The position numbers and the translations under genes are program-made. From assembly GCA_043757575.1 (NCBI GenBank), contig JAYVPE010000367.1:1-56984 (forward strand): DNA of 56,984 nt. Direction: 5' to 3'. Of this stretch, positions 20,042 through 28,759 are shown one piece after another. The DNA comes from Pirellula sp. GTDB lineage: Bacteria > Planctomycetota > Planctomycetia > Pirellulales > Pirellulaceae. The first letter of the stretch is position 1. Each line of letters starts with the position of its first letter. A model generated the notes under the pieces. It worked only from the letters and a program-made list of their open reading frames with translations. It ran no database searches and was not told where the DNA came from.

Positions 20042-22744
20042 CTACAGGTCAAACTGCCTCTTAAGCTTGGATACATTCAGTTCAATTCGATTCTCATATC
20101 GGCTGAACGTGATGATTTCATAGCCATCCACGTTCAGAATCCGTTGCAGATAAGCCACCATTCCGTCTAGTCGAGCTACCGAGACACTTGCGGCATTCGC
20201 GAATGCTGCTGGCGTCATGATGAATCCATTAGTAACGAGGGCCTGAAGGCTTGCTCGCACGGTTTCGTCATCCAACGCATGGCGGCGAACTTTAGCTCGC
20301 TGGTCTTTGTACGCTTGAGATTTGATTAGACGATCAATCCAAGTTTCGTCCGATGATACCGCTGGCACATTGAGGTGAGATGTGTCCGTCTTGGGCTTCG
20401 GCGGCTCCTCCAGTTCCGCATGTATGTCAAACAACATGGGCGGCCCCTTCGGTATAGTGACTTGAATAACGGGCTCCACCGGAACCGGAGATGCGGTCGG
20501 TGCCGGTGCCCACCATTCTGGCTTAGGGTAGGCGCACTCCTGCAAGCCCGTGTATGCGCTGCTCTTGTCAGTTAGGAGAACCAGCGGACAGACCATCTCC
20601 TGTGGAGTTGCACCGCCATGGTAGCCGTGTTGCTTTCGTTTGTAGTGAATTGATTCAGACCAGGGTACGATGATCTTCTTGCCAGGAATTACTCGCTTTC
20701 CTGAGAGGACGATTTCTCCCTCTCCACAGCGACCGTCATCTTGCCTCCAGCGACTTCCCTCAGTGAATGGTTCTTGCTGCGCATTGTCCCGGTGCCAGAC
20801 ATGGCCATGGTCGCTTGCTAGGATGACCACGCGGCCGGAGTCGCGAGCCAATCGGAGCAATGCACCGAGCGGAGCGATGCGGTTGATCGTCCAACTATCA
20901 CGGATTTGCTGTGCGTTCGCTAAGCGATCATCAACGGCGTTGATCACAACTCCAATGACGCTCTGCTTCTGGTCGAGGATTGCTTTGCTGACTTCCTCTG
21001 AAATGCTACCGCGACTGCCGGCAGTGATGTCCTTCTTGTGAAACAGTAGGGGCAGTTTCCGTTTGTCTGAATTCGAAACGAGCGATGGATATTGCTTGAA
21101 GTTTCGTTCTTCGGTTCCAGAATCACCCTCGATCAGCTCACCTGAGAGCAACGACGTCCTAGAGAATCGCGTCTCGCTTGGAATCGCCGCAATCACCGGG
21201 CAGGGAATGGCTGCACTTTCGTTTAGCGTGGCTTCATACCAATGATCTTGTCGTATGTCCTCGAGAAGTTCATGGCAAACCGCCCAGCTCATACCGTCTA
21301 GTACGATGAACAGAACATTGTTCTTTTCTGCAATGACCTTGGTAACCACGTTCTCCAAAACGTGCTCAACGCCAATAACTCCGATGTTGGTCGAACCAAT
21401 GGCCGACCAGTCTGCAAGGCCCTCCGCAAACTCTCGTGCATAGCTGCCTTGACGCTCAGCCACAACGGAATCCAACGCTACATAGGCATTGTTAAGCTCT
21501 GGAATGTCATCGCCACGACAGATCGATTCGCGAGCCCAATCCGTAAATGAAAGTTCCTTCACATAGTCAATCGATTGTGCACCGAAGGAAGTGCTTTGCT
21601 TTTTTGGAATCGACAGCCATCGCACTAAACGTACGGCCATCTCCGCCCTTAAGACTTGATCAGAGAACCGTTTCTGATTTGCGATACGGTGGTTTGAAAC
21701 GAGTTGCTGTAAACGCTCACACTCGGAAATAGCAGAGACATCCAAATTGGGGAGAGTAACCTTGATCTGGTTTGCGAATCGAACTAGCCGTTGCTCAAAA
21801 GCTCTCCGCGATAGACTGCTGCGATAGGCGAAATCTTCACAACCCAGTTCCTTCACTAAGACATCTGCACGATCCAAGTGACTCTGGGCAATGCGAGGAT
21901 CTTCACGTCGATCTAGATCAGAAACCGCATCGATCGCTAAATCGCTAAGCATTCGACCGATGTTCTTTGAGATTGGCTTTTTGTGGTGATAGATCTCCAT
22001 GCGTGCGGCAGCAGCTTCGTGAACCTTATCATCCCCACAGCCAAATACGACCTGACAAGCCACCGCGAGAGCGAGAGCATCACGTCCTGCCTCGCTTTCC
22101 ACGATGCGCAAAATAGAGTCGGCAACATCACCGAGCCGAGAATGCAGACGCTTCTTGAGACTCAATCGAAGATCGTCCGTTGCTTCCAAGTAACGACGTG
22201 GACCACTCTCTGTCGTAGCCCACAAAAGCAGCGTCACAAGATCCGGTTCGCGATCACCCATCTCAAAAACGTGGCGACAGATAGCTTGCCACACCGTCCC
22301 AGCGTCTAAGACGCCGGCAGAAACGGGCGGATAACCATCACGCGGTGAAAACTCGAGTAATGCTTGTGCAATACCGGGCTCACAGATCGAACGATCAAGC
22401 TCCTTGGCTTTGAACAATGAGCATAGGCTAGCGATGTGATCAAACGGGAATACCCGGTTCTTTGCCATGCGAGCCACGACGTCATGACTCAACTCTCCCT
22501 GATGCAATTTCGTCAAAACAATGATGCGGTCGTTCTTCTCTTCTGCGTCGAGCAGTGCTTCGCGAATCTGAAATTCGCTATCCGCACGTAGAACATGCGC
22601 CACGCCAAAACTGAACTCCACCTCGTTGGGCCCTTTGATGGATGGCGAAGCGTGAAGACCAAACGCCGCAGCATCGGCATCATCCATCCAAAGCTCTTCG
22701 ACGATCGCTCGGAGTTGTTGTGGTTTGAGGACACCGATTGTCAT
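20042..22744 (-). CDS. pglZ: BREX-2 phosphatase PglZ
   Basis: VLDGMSW, ASDHGH and GYHGGATPQE alkaline-phosphatase-like motifs. Start at MTIGVL overlaps the pglY stop. Confidence 0.92.
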   Translation of the reverse strand: MTIGVLKPQQLRAIVEELWMDDADAAAFGLHASPSIKGPNEVEFSFGVAHVLRADSEFQIREALLDAEEKNDRIIVLTKLHQGELSHDVVARMAKNRVFPFDHIASLCSLFKAKELDRSICEPGIAQALLEFSPRDGYPPVSAGVLDAGTVWQAICRHVFEMGDREPDLVTLLLWATTESGPRRYLEATDDLRLSLKKRLHSRLGDVADSILRIVESEAGRDALALAVACQVVFGCGDDKVHEAAAARMEIYHHKKPISKNIGRMLSDLAIDAVSDLDRREDPRIAQSHLDRADVLVKELGCEDFAYRSSLSRRAFEQRLVRFANQIKVTLPNLDVSAISECERLQQLVSNHRIANQKRFSDQVLRAEMAVRLVRWLSIPKKQSTSFGAQSIDYVKELSFTDWARESICRGDDIPELNNAYVALDSVVAERQGSYAREFAEGLADWSAIGSTNIGVIGVEHVLENVVTKVIAEKNNVLFIVLDGMSWAVCHELLEDIRQDHWYEATLNESAAIPCPVIAAIPSETRFSRTSLLSGELIEGDSGTEERNFKQYPSLVSNSDKRKLPLLFHKKDITAGSRGSISEEVSKAILDQKQSVIGVVINAVDDRLANAQQIRDSWTINRIAPLGALLRLARDSGRVVILASDHGHVWHRDNAQQEPFTEGSRWRQDDGRCGEGEIVLSGKRVIPGKKIIVPWSESIHYKRKQHGYHGGATPQEMVCPLVLLTDKSSAYTGLQECAYPKPEWWAPAPTASPVPVEPVIQVTIPKGPPMLFDIHAELEEPPKPKTDTSHLNVPAVSSDETWIDRLIKSQAYKDQRAKVRRHALDDETVRASLQALVTNGFIMTPAAFANAASVSVARLDGMVAYLQRILNVDGYEIITFSRYENRIELNVSKLKRQFDL

Positions 22745-25700
22745 TCTGCCTCCTCTTCTATCGTCCATTGAATTGAGATTCGCCGTTTTGGATTCTGTTT
22801 CAATGACTCCGACAGCTTTGAAGTCAATGCCGATAGATCGTTCCCGGTCAATCGTTCGGTGGTGCCATAATCGAGACGCTTCCATCCAGGTTTTGAATCG
22901 GGTAGCTTGATCTCTTCGTCTGGTTTTCGAACTTGCTCAGGATCCTGCTTTGGTGGTCGCAGCAACTTCACGGCGCGACCTTCTGAATCGGATAGCTTCT
23001 TGGCCAATCCCTCTGAGAGAGCAAATTCATCTTTCATCAAGCTATCGCGAATATCGTTCAGCAAAAGTGTTGCATCAGTCTTGCGTTTGTCGCTAATCTC
23101 CGAGACTGCCTCGAAGATTTCCCAACGATTCGGTTCCATCAAACAAGCATGGACCAACGCTGCGGTCTTAATACTTCGAGCCATGGCATTTCCGCTGGAC
23201 TCTAGTCGAGCGTTTGCGATTGCTTTGACGAGCGGCGTCGGAGCTTTTCCATTGACAGCCTCAAAGAAATCGCGTGCAGCTTTTGCGGTCTTCACGCGAT
23301 CGCAACCCGCTATATCTTCGTCGCTGACGCCCAGGTTTCTCAGAATTAGTTGCAAGCGGCCAGGGAGCGAATCGCAATCGCTCTTGAACTGTACGGCGTA
23401 CCCTTTCTCCTCCTTTTTCAGGTTCGCTCCATCTTTGTGGATTCGATCATGCAAGGCAGTTAGATTAGACGCATTCAGCAAACGCGACAGATCGTATCCA
23501 AATACATCCGCTAGTGTTCGCTTGCACTTTTGCCACTCTTCGTCCGTGGGCAACACTTCTTGCCGTAGCTCCAATTCGGCCGGCATGTCATCGAGTTTAG
23601 GGAGATAGCTTCCACCGAATCGAACAAAGGATCTATTTGTTTGCTCGGCGTATACCAATATCAGCAAGTTTTCGATCTCTCGAGGTAAGCCGCGATCGGT
23701 GCCGATCCAAGTCTTCATGTCACCAACATCGGGGTTCTCTTTCTCCGATGCAGCGAGGGATTTGTTGAAGAGCGTGCGCCAGTAGTCTTCAAGGACGAAA
23801 TGTGTCTCGCCCATAGTCCCCAGTTCCAATGGTTCGCAGATGCTCTTCAGGGTTTTGCGGATTCGGCTGTCTTCAACGAAGATTCGGCGATCCTGACTAT
23901 GCGCTGCTTCCAAACAAGTTTGCAGCAGATCTTTCAAGTCCTTGTTGACCTTGATCTCCTGGCCAAACTTTGGGTGTTTGGGGAATTGGTGGCTGAGGGC
24001 CTGGAACAAGAGGTGTTCCATCGCTTCCCCCAGCGACGCGCCCACTGGCCGCTGCAACGCCAACGTGGGGAACAAGGACGTAAACTGAGAATCCTTGATA
24101 TCGTACGTGTCATCCAGCGAGCCGGGGTGCGTACCATTTCGAATTCCGTACGCAGCTTCAACAACAGACTGAAGCTTCGACGCCAGCGCGTTCTGCCGAC
24201 TCTCCAGGATGGTGCGAGCCGTTTCACGATCTTGAGCCGACAAGTCTGATGCATTTTGATCGAGGTTATTGCCGCGCAGCAAGTGATCGATCACCACTAG
24301 CTGGCCAAGCTCGGCCTGAGTCTTGTTCGAGAAATACTCAGGCAGCCAAACGATCGTCTTGTGCGATTCGTTCTTCTCCTTGAATTTCTCGATACGAGTG
24401 ATGTCTTCCTGCGGCGGTCTGCCTTCAGGATCAAATGGGAAGTCGATGACCAGCTTCCAATCGTCGCCGTTGTTTCGGAGCGCCTCGTCGGTTGTCCGAC
24501 GGATGTTCTCGAACAACACATCGCAGAAACGTTGTGAACCTCTCCACAGGAACTTGTGGCCTGGGAACAGACTCTTATCCAGATCCGGTGGCATGCCGAA
24601 AGACTTGAGCAGCATCCCCTTGATCTTCAATTGACGTTCGCCTGGTCGGTCGTACGCACGCGCAGCCTTGATGATCTGGTCGGTATCGACTCCCACCAGT
24701 TGCAAGGACACCGCCGGATCGGTTGCGTCATCCGACATGCGGATCTCACCATGCAGGCTCTTCCAATCTGTGAACTTGTTCTTCACAGTCTGGTACTCAC
24801 GCCCTGAGAAGCGTGATTTGACGCTACCGTGGTTCAGTGCAGCCAGCTTGGAACATGTCATGTCGCGAAGCGTCTCTTCGCCTTCAACAAGTGCAGCCAG
24901 AAGCAGACTCTTGATCAGCCGATTGTCATTCTCAAATGCATTGAACTTGCGAGCCACCTCAGGGTCGGTTTTAGCTTTCTCTCGATCTACTTCAAGGTCG
25001 ATGGAATGCTGCTCCTCCAACATGGGCAGTAACTTGTTGGTGTAAAGCTTCTTTGCATGTTGGAAGCGAACACGCAGCAAATCGGAGAAAGTATCGTCTC
25101 CATCCGCCACGACATCCCACAGATCGCCCAGCGGAACGATATCGCCGACCAACAATGTATCCTTTCGTTTGACCAACATCTCCAACATGATCTTGAGCGC
25201 CGTTCGCTCGCGCTGAAGTGCACTAGAGATTGCAATCAACACCTTGATCAGCGCCGGACTGAACGGGTAGACCTGCTTGAAGAGGTCTTTGTTGCCATCG
25301 CGAGCCAGCAGGATTTCCATGACCTCTGGCTGAAGTTTGATGGCTTGTTCATATGCGTCATTCAACTCCGTGCGTTCCGGGTCTTTGGTCTTGAGGACTC
25401 GCTTTTGGGCAATCAATGGGAGGTTGCGATCCTCCAGTGTAATCATGTCGAATCGTTCTTCCATATGGGAAAGAATGTCGGATAGATTCACTTGCTCGAT
25501 ACCACTGACCGTATCGCCGATCAAATCTCGCAGGTCACGTTGACGAGCCACAAAGCTGACGATGGGAATGGGACGCTCGGCCTTCTTCGATTCAACCAGC
25601 TTCACCAACTTGTTCGCCTCACGCTGAACGAAGTCCAGGTTGCCGCTGTTGGTCGCAAGCCAGAGAATCAACTCGTCCAAGAAGAGAATCAGACCATCAT

Positions 25701-26523
25701 AGCCAAGCGATTGTGCGTGCGCACTGAGAATACCCAGTCCTTCGTCCAGCTCAACATAGGCCTCGTCTTTTGCATGAGCGATCCCTCGGAACGCTGGAAA
25801 GATGTTCTTGACAAGATCGCCTACCAGCAAGGATCGTTCATTAGTACCTGGACCTGCCTCCAGCGCGGACTCGAAACTTTCCGCATCCCACCCGTCGGAA
25901 GCCAGTTTTGCAGCCTTCATTTTTCCGAATCGTGTCTTCTTACTAGAATCATCGCCGCCTGCGTTGCTGCCGCCAGTCTTGCCTTCGTTTAATTGTGCAA
26001 AGAACTTGTCATCACCAAGGCTGGATCGATGTTTTCGGGCGTTATCGAAAATCTCGTCAGCCAAGTAAACCCCAGGCAACGGTGCATCAGGGTGAATGGA
26101 TGATACGTGCTCGACATAGCCACCAAAGACGGCCGTCTCCATGTCCTTTGCATTGATCATGTGGTAGGGAACAAGCAAAAACTTCTTGTCTTCAACCCAT
26201 GCGTGCGTACTGCAAACACCTTGCAGTTCGCGAACACTCCGCACATCTGGATTGTGCTGCAGGATCAGGTGCAAGACGGCCATGAAGTGCGACTTACCCG
26301 AGCCGAAACTACCATGCAGGTAACCCGCCTTGCTGCTCTTGTCATTGACCGCCGTCTTGATCATGTTCAAACAGTCGCTGAAGCATTCGACCAATTGCGG
26401 CGTAACCACGTACCGCTCCAGAGTCTTTTGCGGTTCGGTCACACCTTGGGACAGGTTGAGTACGAAATCGCCTTTTCGTACACGTTCTGGAAGATCGAGA
26501 AGTTCGGAGATTAGTTTGGACAT
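22741..26523 (-). CDS. pglY: BREX-2 ATPase PglY
   Basis: YVVTPQL, HGSFGSGKSHFM, FLDELILWL and YPFSPAL motifs; 1260 aa. Confidence 0.92.
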   Translation of the reverse strand: MSKLISELLDLPERVRKGDFVLNLSQGVTEPQKTLERYVVTPQLVECFSDCLNMIKTAVNDKSSKAGYLHGSFGSGKSHFMAVLHLILQHNPDVRSVRELQGVCSTHAWVEDKKFLLVPYHMINAKDMETAVFGGYVEHVSSIHPDAPLPGVYLADEIFDNARKHRSSLGDDKFFAQLNEGKTGGSNAGGDDSSKKTRFGKMKAAKLASDGWDAESFESALEAGPGTNERSLLVGDLVKNIFPAFRGIAHAKDEAYVELDEGLGILSAHAQSLGYDGLILFLDELILWLATNSGNLDFVQREANKLVKLVESKKAERPIPIVSFVARQRDLRDLIGDTVSGIEQVNLSDILSHMEERFDMITLEDRNLPLIAQKRVLKTKDPERTELNDAYEQAIKLQPEVMEILLARDGNKDLFKQVYPFSPALIKVLIAISSALQRERTALKIMLEMLVKRKDTLLVGDIVPLGDLWDVVADGDDTFSDLLRVRFQHAKKLYTNKLLPMLEEQHSIDLEVDREKAKTDPEVARKFNAFENDNRLIKSLLLAALVEGEETLRDMTCSKLAALNHGSVKSRFSGREYQTVKNKFTDWKSLHGEIRMSDDATDPAVSLQLVGVDTDQIIKAARAYDRPGERQLKIKGMLLKSFGMPPDLDKSLFPGHKFLWRGSQRFCDVLFENIRRTTDEALRNNGDDWKLVIDFPFDPEGRPPQEDITRIEKFKEKNESHKTIVWLPEYFSNKTQAELGQLVVIDHLLRGNNLDQNASDLSAQDRETARTILESRQNALASKLQSVVEAAYGIRNGTHPGSLDDTYDIKDSQFTSLFPTLALQRPVGASLGEAMEHLLFQALSHQFPKHPKFGQEIKVNKDLKDLLQTCLEAAHSQDRRIFVEDSRIRKTLKSICEPLELGTMGETHFVLEDYWRTLFNKSLAASEKENPDVGDMKTWIGTDRGLPREIENLLILVYAEQTNRSFVRFGGSYLPKLDDMPAELELRQEVLPTDEEWQKCKRTLADVFGYDLSRLLNASNLTALHDRIHKDGANLKKEEKGYAVQFKSDCDSLPGRLQLILRNLGVSDEDIAGCDRVKTAKAARDFFEAVNGKAPTPLVKAIANARLESSGNAMARSIKTAALVHACLMEPNRWEIFEAVSEISDKRKTDATLLLNDIRDSLMKDEFALSEGLAKKLSDSEGRAVKLLRPPKQDPEQVRKPDEEIKLPDSKPGWKRLDYGTTERLTGNDLSALTSKLSESLKQNPKRRISIQWTIEEEAE

Positions 26524-26524
26524 T

Positions 26525-26563
26525 AGTTTTCGGTTTTCAGTGTTCAGTTTTCAGTGTTCAGCG
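26525..26563. repeat. Heptamer tandem array, left arm of an inverted pair
   Basis: AGTTTTC GGTTTTC AGTGTTC AGTTTTC AGTGTTC AGCG; inverted partner at 28721-28752. Confidence 0.8.
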
Positions 26564-26910
26564 GGGGAGTTATTCGTCTGAATGACATTTTGGACGCTGT
26601 AAAGCGGATGAAAGTTGTGGAGTTATGTCATTCGCAAAGTATCAATTTTGCACGACTTATGTCGAATTGGCGTTGTTTTGTTGCTTTCAAATGCTGCGAA
26701 AATTGTGGTCTCCACCTCGGTTTATGCCATTCTCCCATCACGTTGGCTGGGCTATGGGTAATGATTTCGGGTGGAATGCAGATAAGCCCTCTAAGTGGTG
26801 TAGCACTTGGTGTAGTCTCGACAAATTTCCAAGACTTACACCATTCGCAAATCCTTGCTAGGAAAGGGTTTGCGACAATTTCACGTCGGTGTGATTGTCT
26901 AAATCTATGT

Positions 26911-28632
26911 CTAAACTCCATCGTTCGTTCCTTCTTTAGACAATTCCCATCTCGTTCCTCGACCTCGTTTCCCCTCGACAGGGCGAACAATGCCATCTCG
27001 TCTCATCTCTTGGAGCAAATTCCGGATGAAGGTCCTTTTTTGGCCATCGTCTAAGGCATCGGAGAGCTTCGACAGCAGCAGGCTCTCGATCACGGTGCGT
27101 GTTACCTCGGCCTGCTTCTGAATAAGCTCTACCACCATCCGTTGGCAATACTCCTTGTCGATGCCTCGTTTCTGCGAATATTCCACCATCGTGTCCGTCG
27201 CTGCGGCTACGTCGGCAGACACATGGAAATTCGGTCGTCGCCCCTCAATCAACTTCCTAGTTCGCAGCGACTTGACTTCCTCGTCCGTTAGCGATTGTTC
27301 CTTCTGAACCTTGTCCAGGGCGATCACGTCCAGAAGGTCGAGATTGGTTTGACTCATCAGCATTCGGGTGTAGTTCGGATCGAGAATCTGACCGATCAAA
27401 CGTACCTTCACTCGTTCCGGTTCGCTGAGGTCATAGGTCGGCATCGGAAAGTTGCGGTCGCGTTGGATGCGAAACGTCCGTTTGATGCCGCTGCCAATCG
27501 TGTCGATCATGTTCAAGTTAACCATCGCCTGAGCTAACAGCGGGTTGGCCGAGAACTCCTGAGGACTATCGCGAACAACCACCTCTTCAACGCTGCCCGG
27601 ATAGAACGTCCCAAGATTGGTGAACAACAACGAATCGGGCTGCTCAACGACGATGATGCGGCCGGCCTTGGTGTAGTCCTGGTGGGCGATGCAGTTATGC
27701 AGCGTTTCACGCATGACCCACGGGTCGTACTGACTCACATTGATCGGAAATAGCGTTCCGTCAGGAAGATAGCGAACGGTCAGGTTACGAATGTTCTCGA
27801 TCAGATCGTCAACCGCTAACAAGAATGGCGGATCAAAATGCTTGTAGTCCTGTTCGACATTCTTGTCATCCTTCAGAATCCAAGTCATTCGAGGTTGAGC
27901 CGGCGCGACATGATGCGTTGATTCACTCTTTCCAAGTAGAATCAATGCAGCGCGAGTTAATCGGCCATCGACAGCAACCTTGATCTTATTTAGAAACGTA
28001 ACGTCATCCCATTCCCAAACTTCCTTCGCGAGATGCGACTTCTTAGCATCGCCCTCAAATCGCTCGGCATATTCGCTACGAGCGCGGTGAATCGCATTTG
28101 GATCCAAATCAGCCAACGTAGCGGACTCACAAATCAATGCAGACCAATCGACGGTTGGCCCTGACACGATCTCCCAGAGTCTTCGTTCTTTCTCAGGATG
28201 TTCGCCAAGAGGTTTCTTGTGACTACCCACTCGCACATAGCGCCGGCCAGAGAAGGCAACCGGAGCGGTGTTTGCGGCTTGCACTTCGAACAGCACCATC
28301 GGCTTATCATCATGTGCTTCAAACTCAAAAATACGGAAGTTGATCCTCGGAGCTAACATCTTATTGAGCCATGGCTCCAAGTCCTCATTACCCTGGCCTT
28401 TCTGTTGGCGAGGCTTGAACGTCGTGCCAACGACGTTATGAGTTCCATCTTCAACGCCCCAAACGATGTAGCCAAATACATGCCCTTCGAGCGCAGCCGC
28501 ATTGGAGATAGCCGAGAGATACTCGCCAATCATCTGTGGATCTGAATTGTTGTGTTTGAACTCAACCCACTCGGTCTCTGCGGGCAGTTTCAAGAGTTCG
28601 TCCAGTTTCGCTTCCACTTCAACAGGAGTCAT
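26911..28632 (-). CDS. AlbA_2/Schlafen-like domain + HATPase_c_4 (RecG-like C-terminal) + HTH protein
   Basis: ETEWVEFK, SAISN and YIVWGVED (AlbA_2); RETLHNCIAHQDY, NPLLA and IDTIGSG (HATPase_c_4); C-terminal wHTH. RBS GAAGGAG before MTPVEV. Confidence 0.85.
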   Translation of the reverse strand: MTPVEVEAKLDELLKLPAETEWVEFKHNNSDPQMIGEYLSAISNAAALEGHVFGYIVWGVEDGTHNVVGTTFKPRQQKGQGNEDLEPWLNKMLAPRINFRIFEFEAHDDKPMVLFEVQAANTAPVAFSGRRYVRVGSHKKPLGEHPEKERRLWEIVSGPTVDWSALICESATLADLDPNAIHRARSEYAERFEGDAKKSHLAKEVWEWDDVTFLNKIKVAVDGRLTRAALILLGKSESTHHVAPAQPRMTWILKDDKNVEQDYKHFDPPFLLAVDDLIENIRNLTVRYLPDGTLFPINVSQYDPWVMRETLHNCIAHQDYTKAGRIIVVEQPDSLLFTNLGTFYPGSVEEVVVRDSPQEFSANPLLAQAMVNLNMIDTIGSGIKRTFRIQRDRNFPMPTYDLSEPERVKVRLIGQILDPNYTRMLMSQTNLDLLDVIALDKVQKEQSLTDEEVKSLRTRKLIEGRRPNFHVSADVAAATDTMVEYSQKRGIDKEYCQRMVVELIQKQAEVTRTVIESLLLSKLSDALDDGQKRTFIRNLLQEMRRDGIVRPVEGKRGRGTRWELSKEGTNDGV

Positions 28633-28720
28633 TGCAAGTGCTCCTTCGAAATGCAACAACCACGAACCGAACGAATCACACGAATTGAATAACTACGTTC
28701 AGTTCCGAAGACGCAACTCT

Positions 28721-28752
28721 CGCTGAACACTGAAAACTGAAAACTGAAAACT
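28721..28752. repeat. Heptamer tandem array, right arm
   Basis: CGCT GAACACT GAAAACT GAAAACT GAAAACT is the reverse complement of the 26525 array type. Confidence 0.8.
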
Positions 28753-28759
28753 TTCCCCA

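Noticed and set aside
22745-22885. 47-aa N-terminal extension of PglZ in the ORF track
   Set aside because: It overlaps the pglY 3' end. The ATG at 22744 follows GGAGG and overlaps the pglY stop.
26562-26569. CGGGGGAG matching the tRNA-Asn 3' end as a possible attR
   Set aside because: Only 8 bp, inside the BREX operon, and expected by chance.
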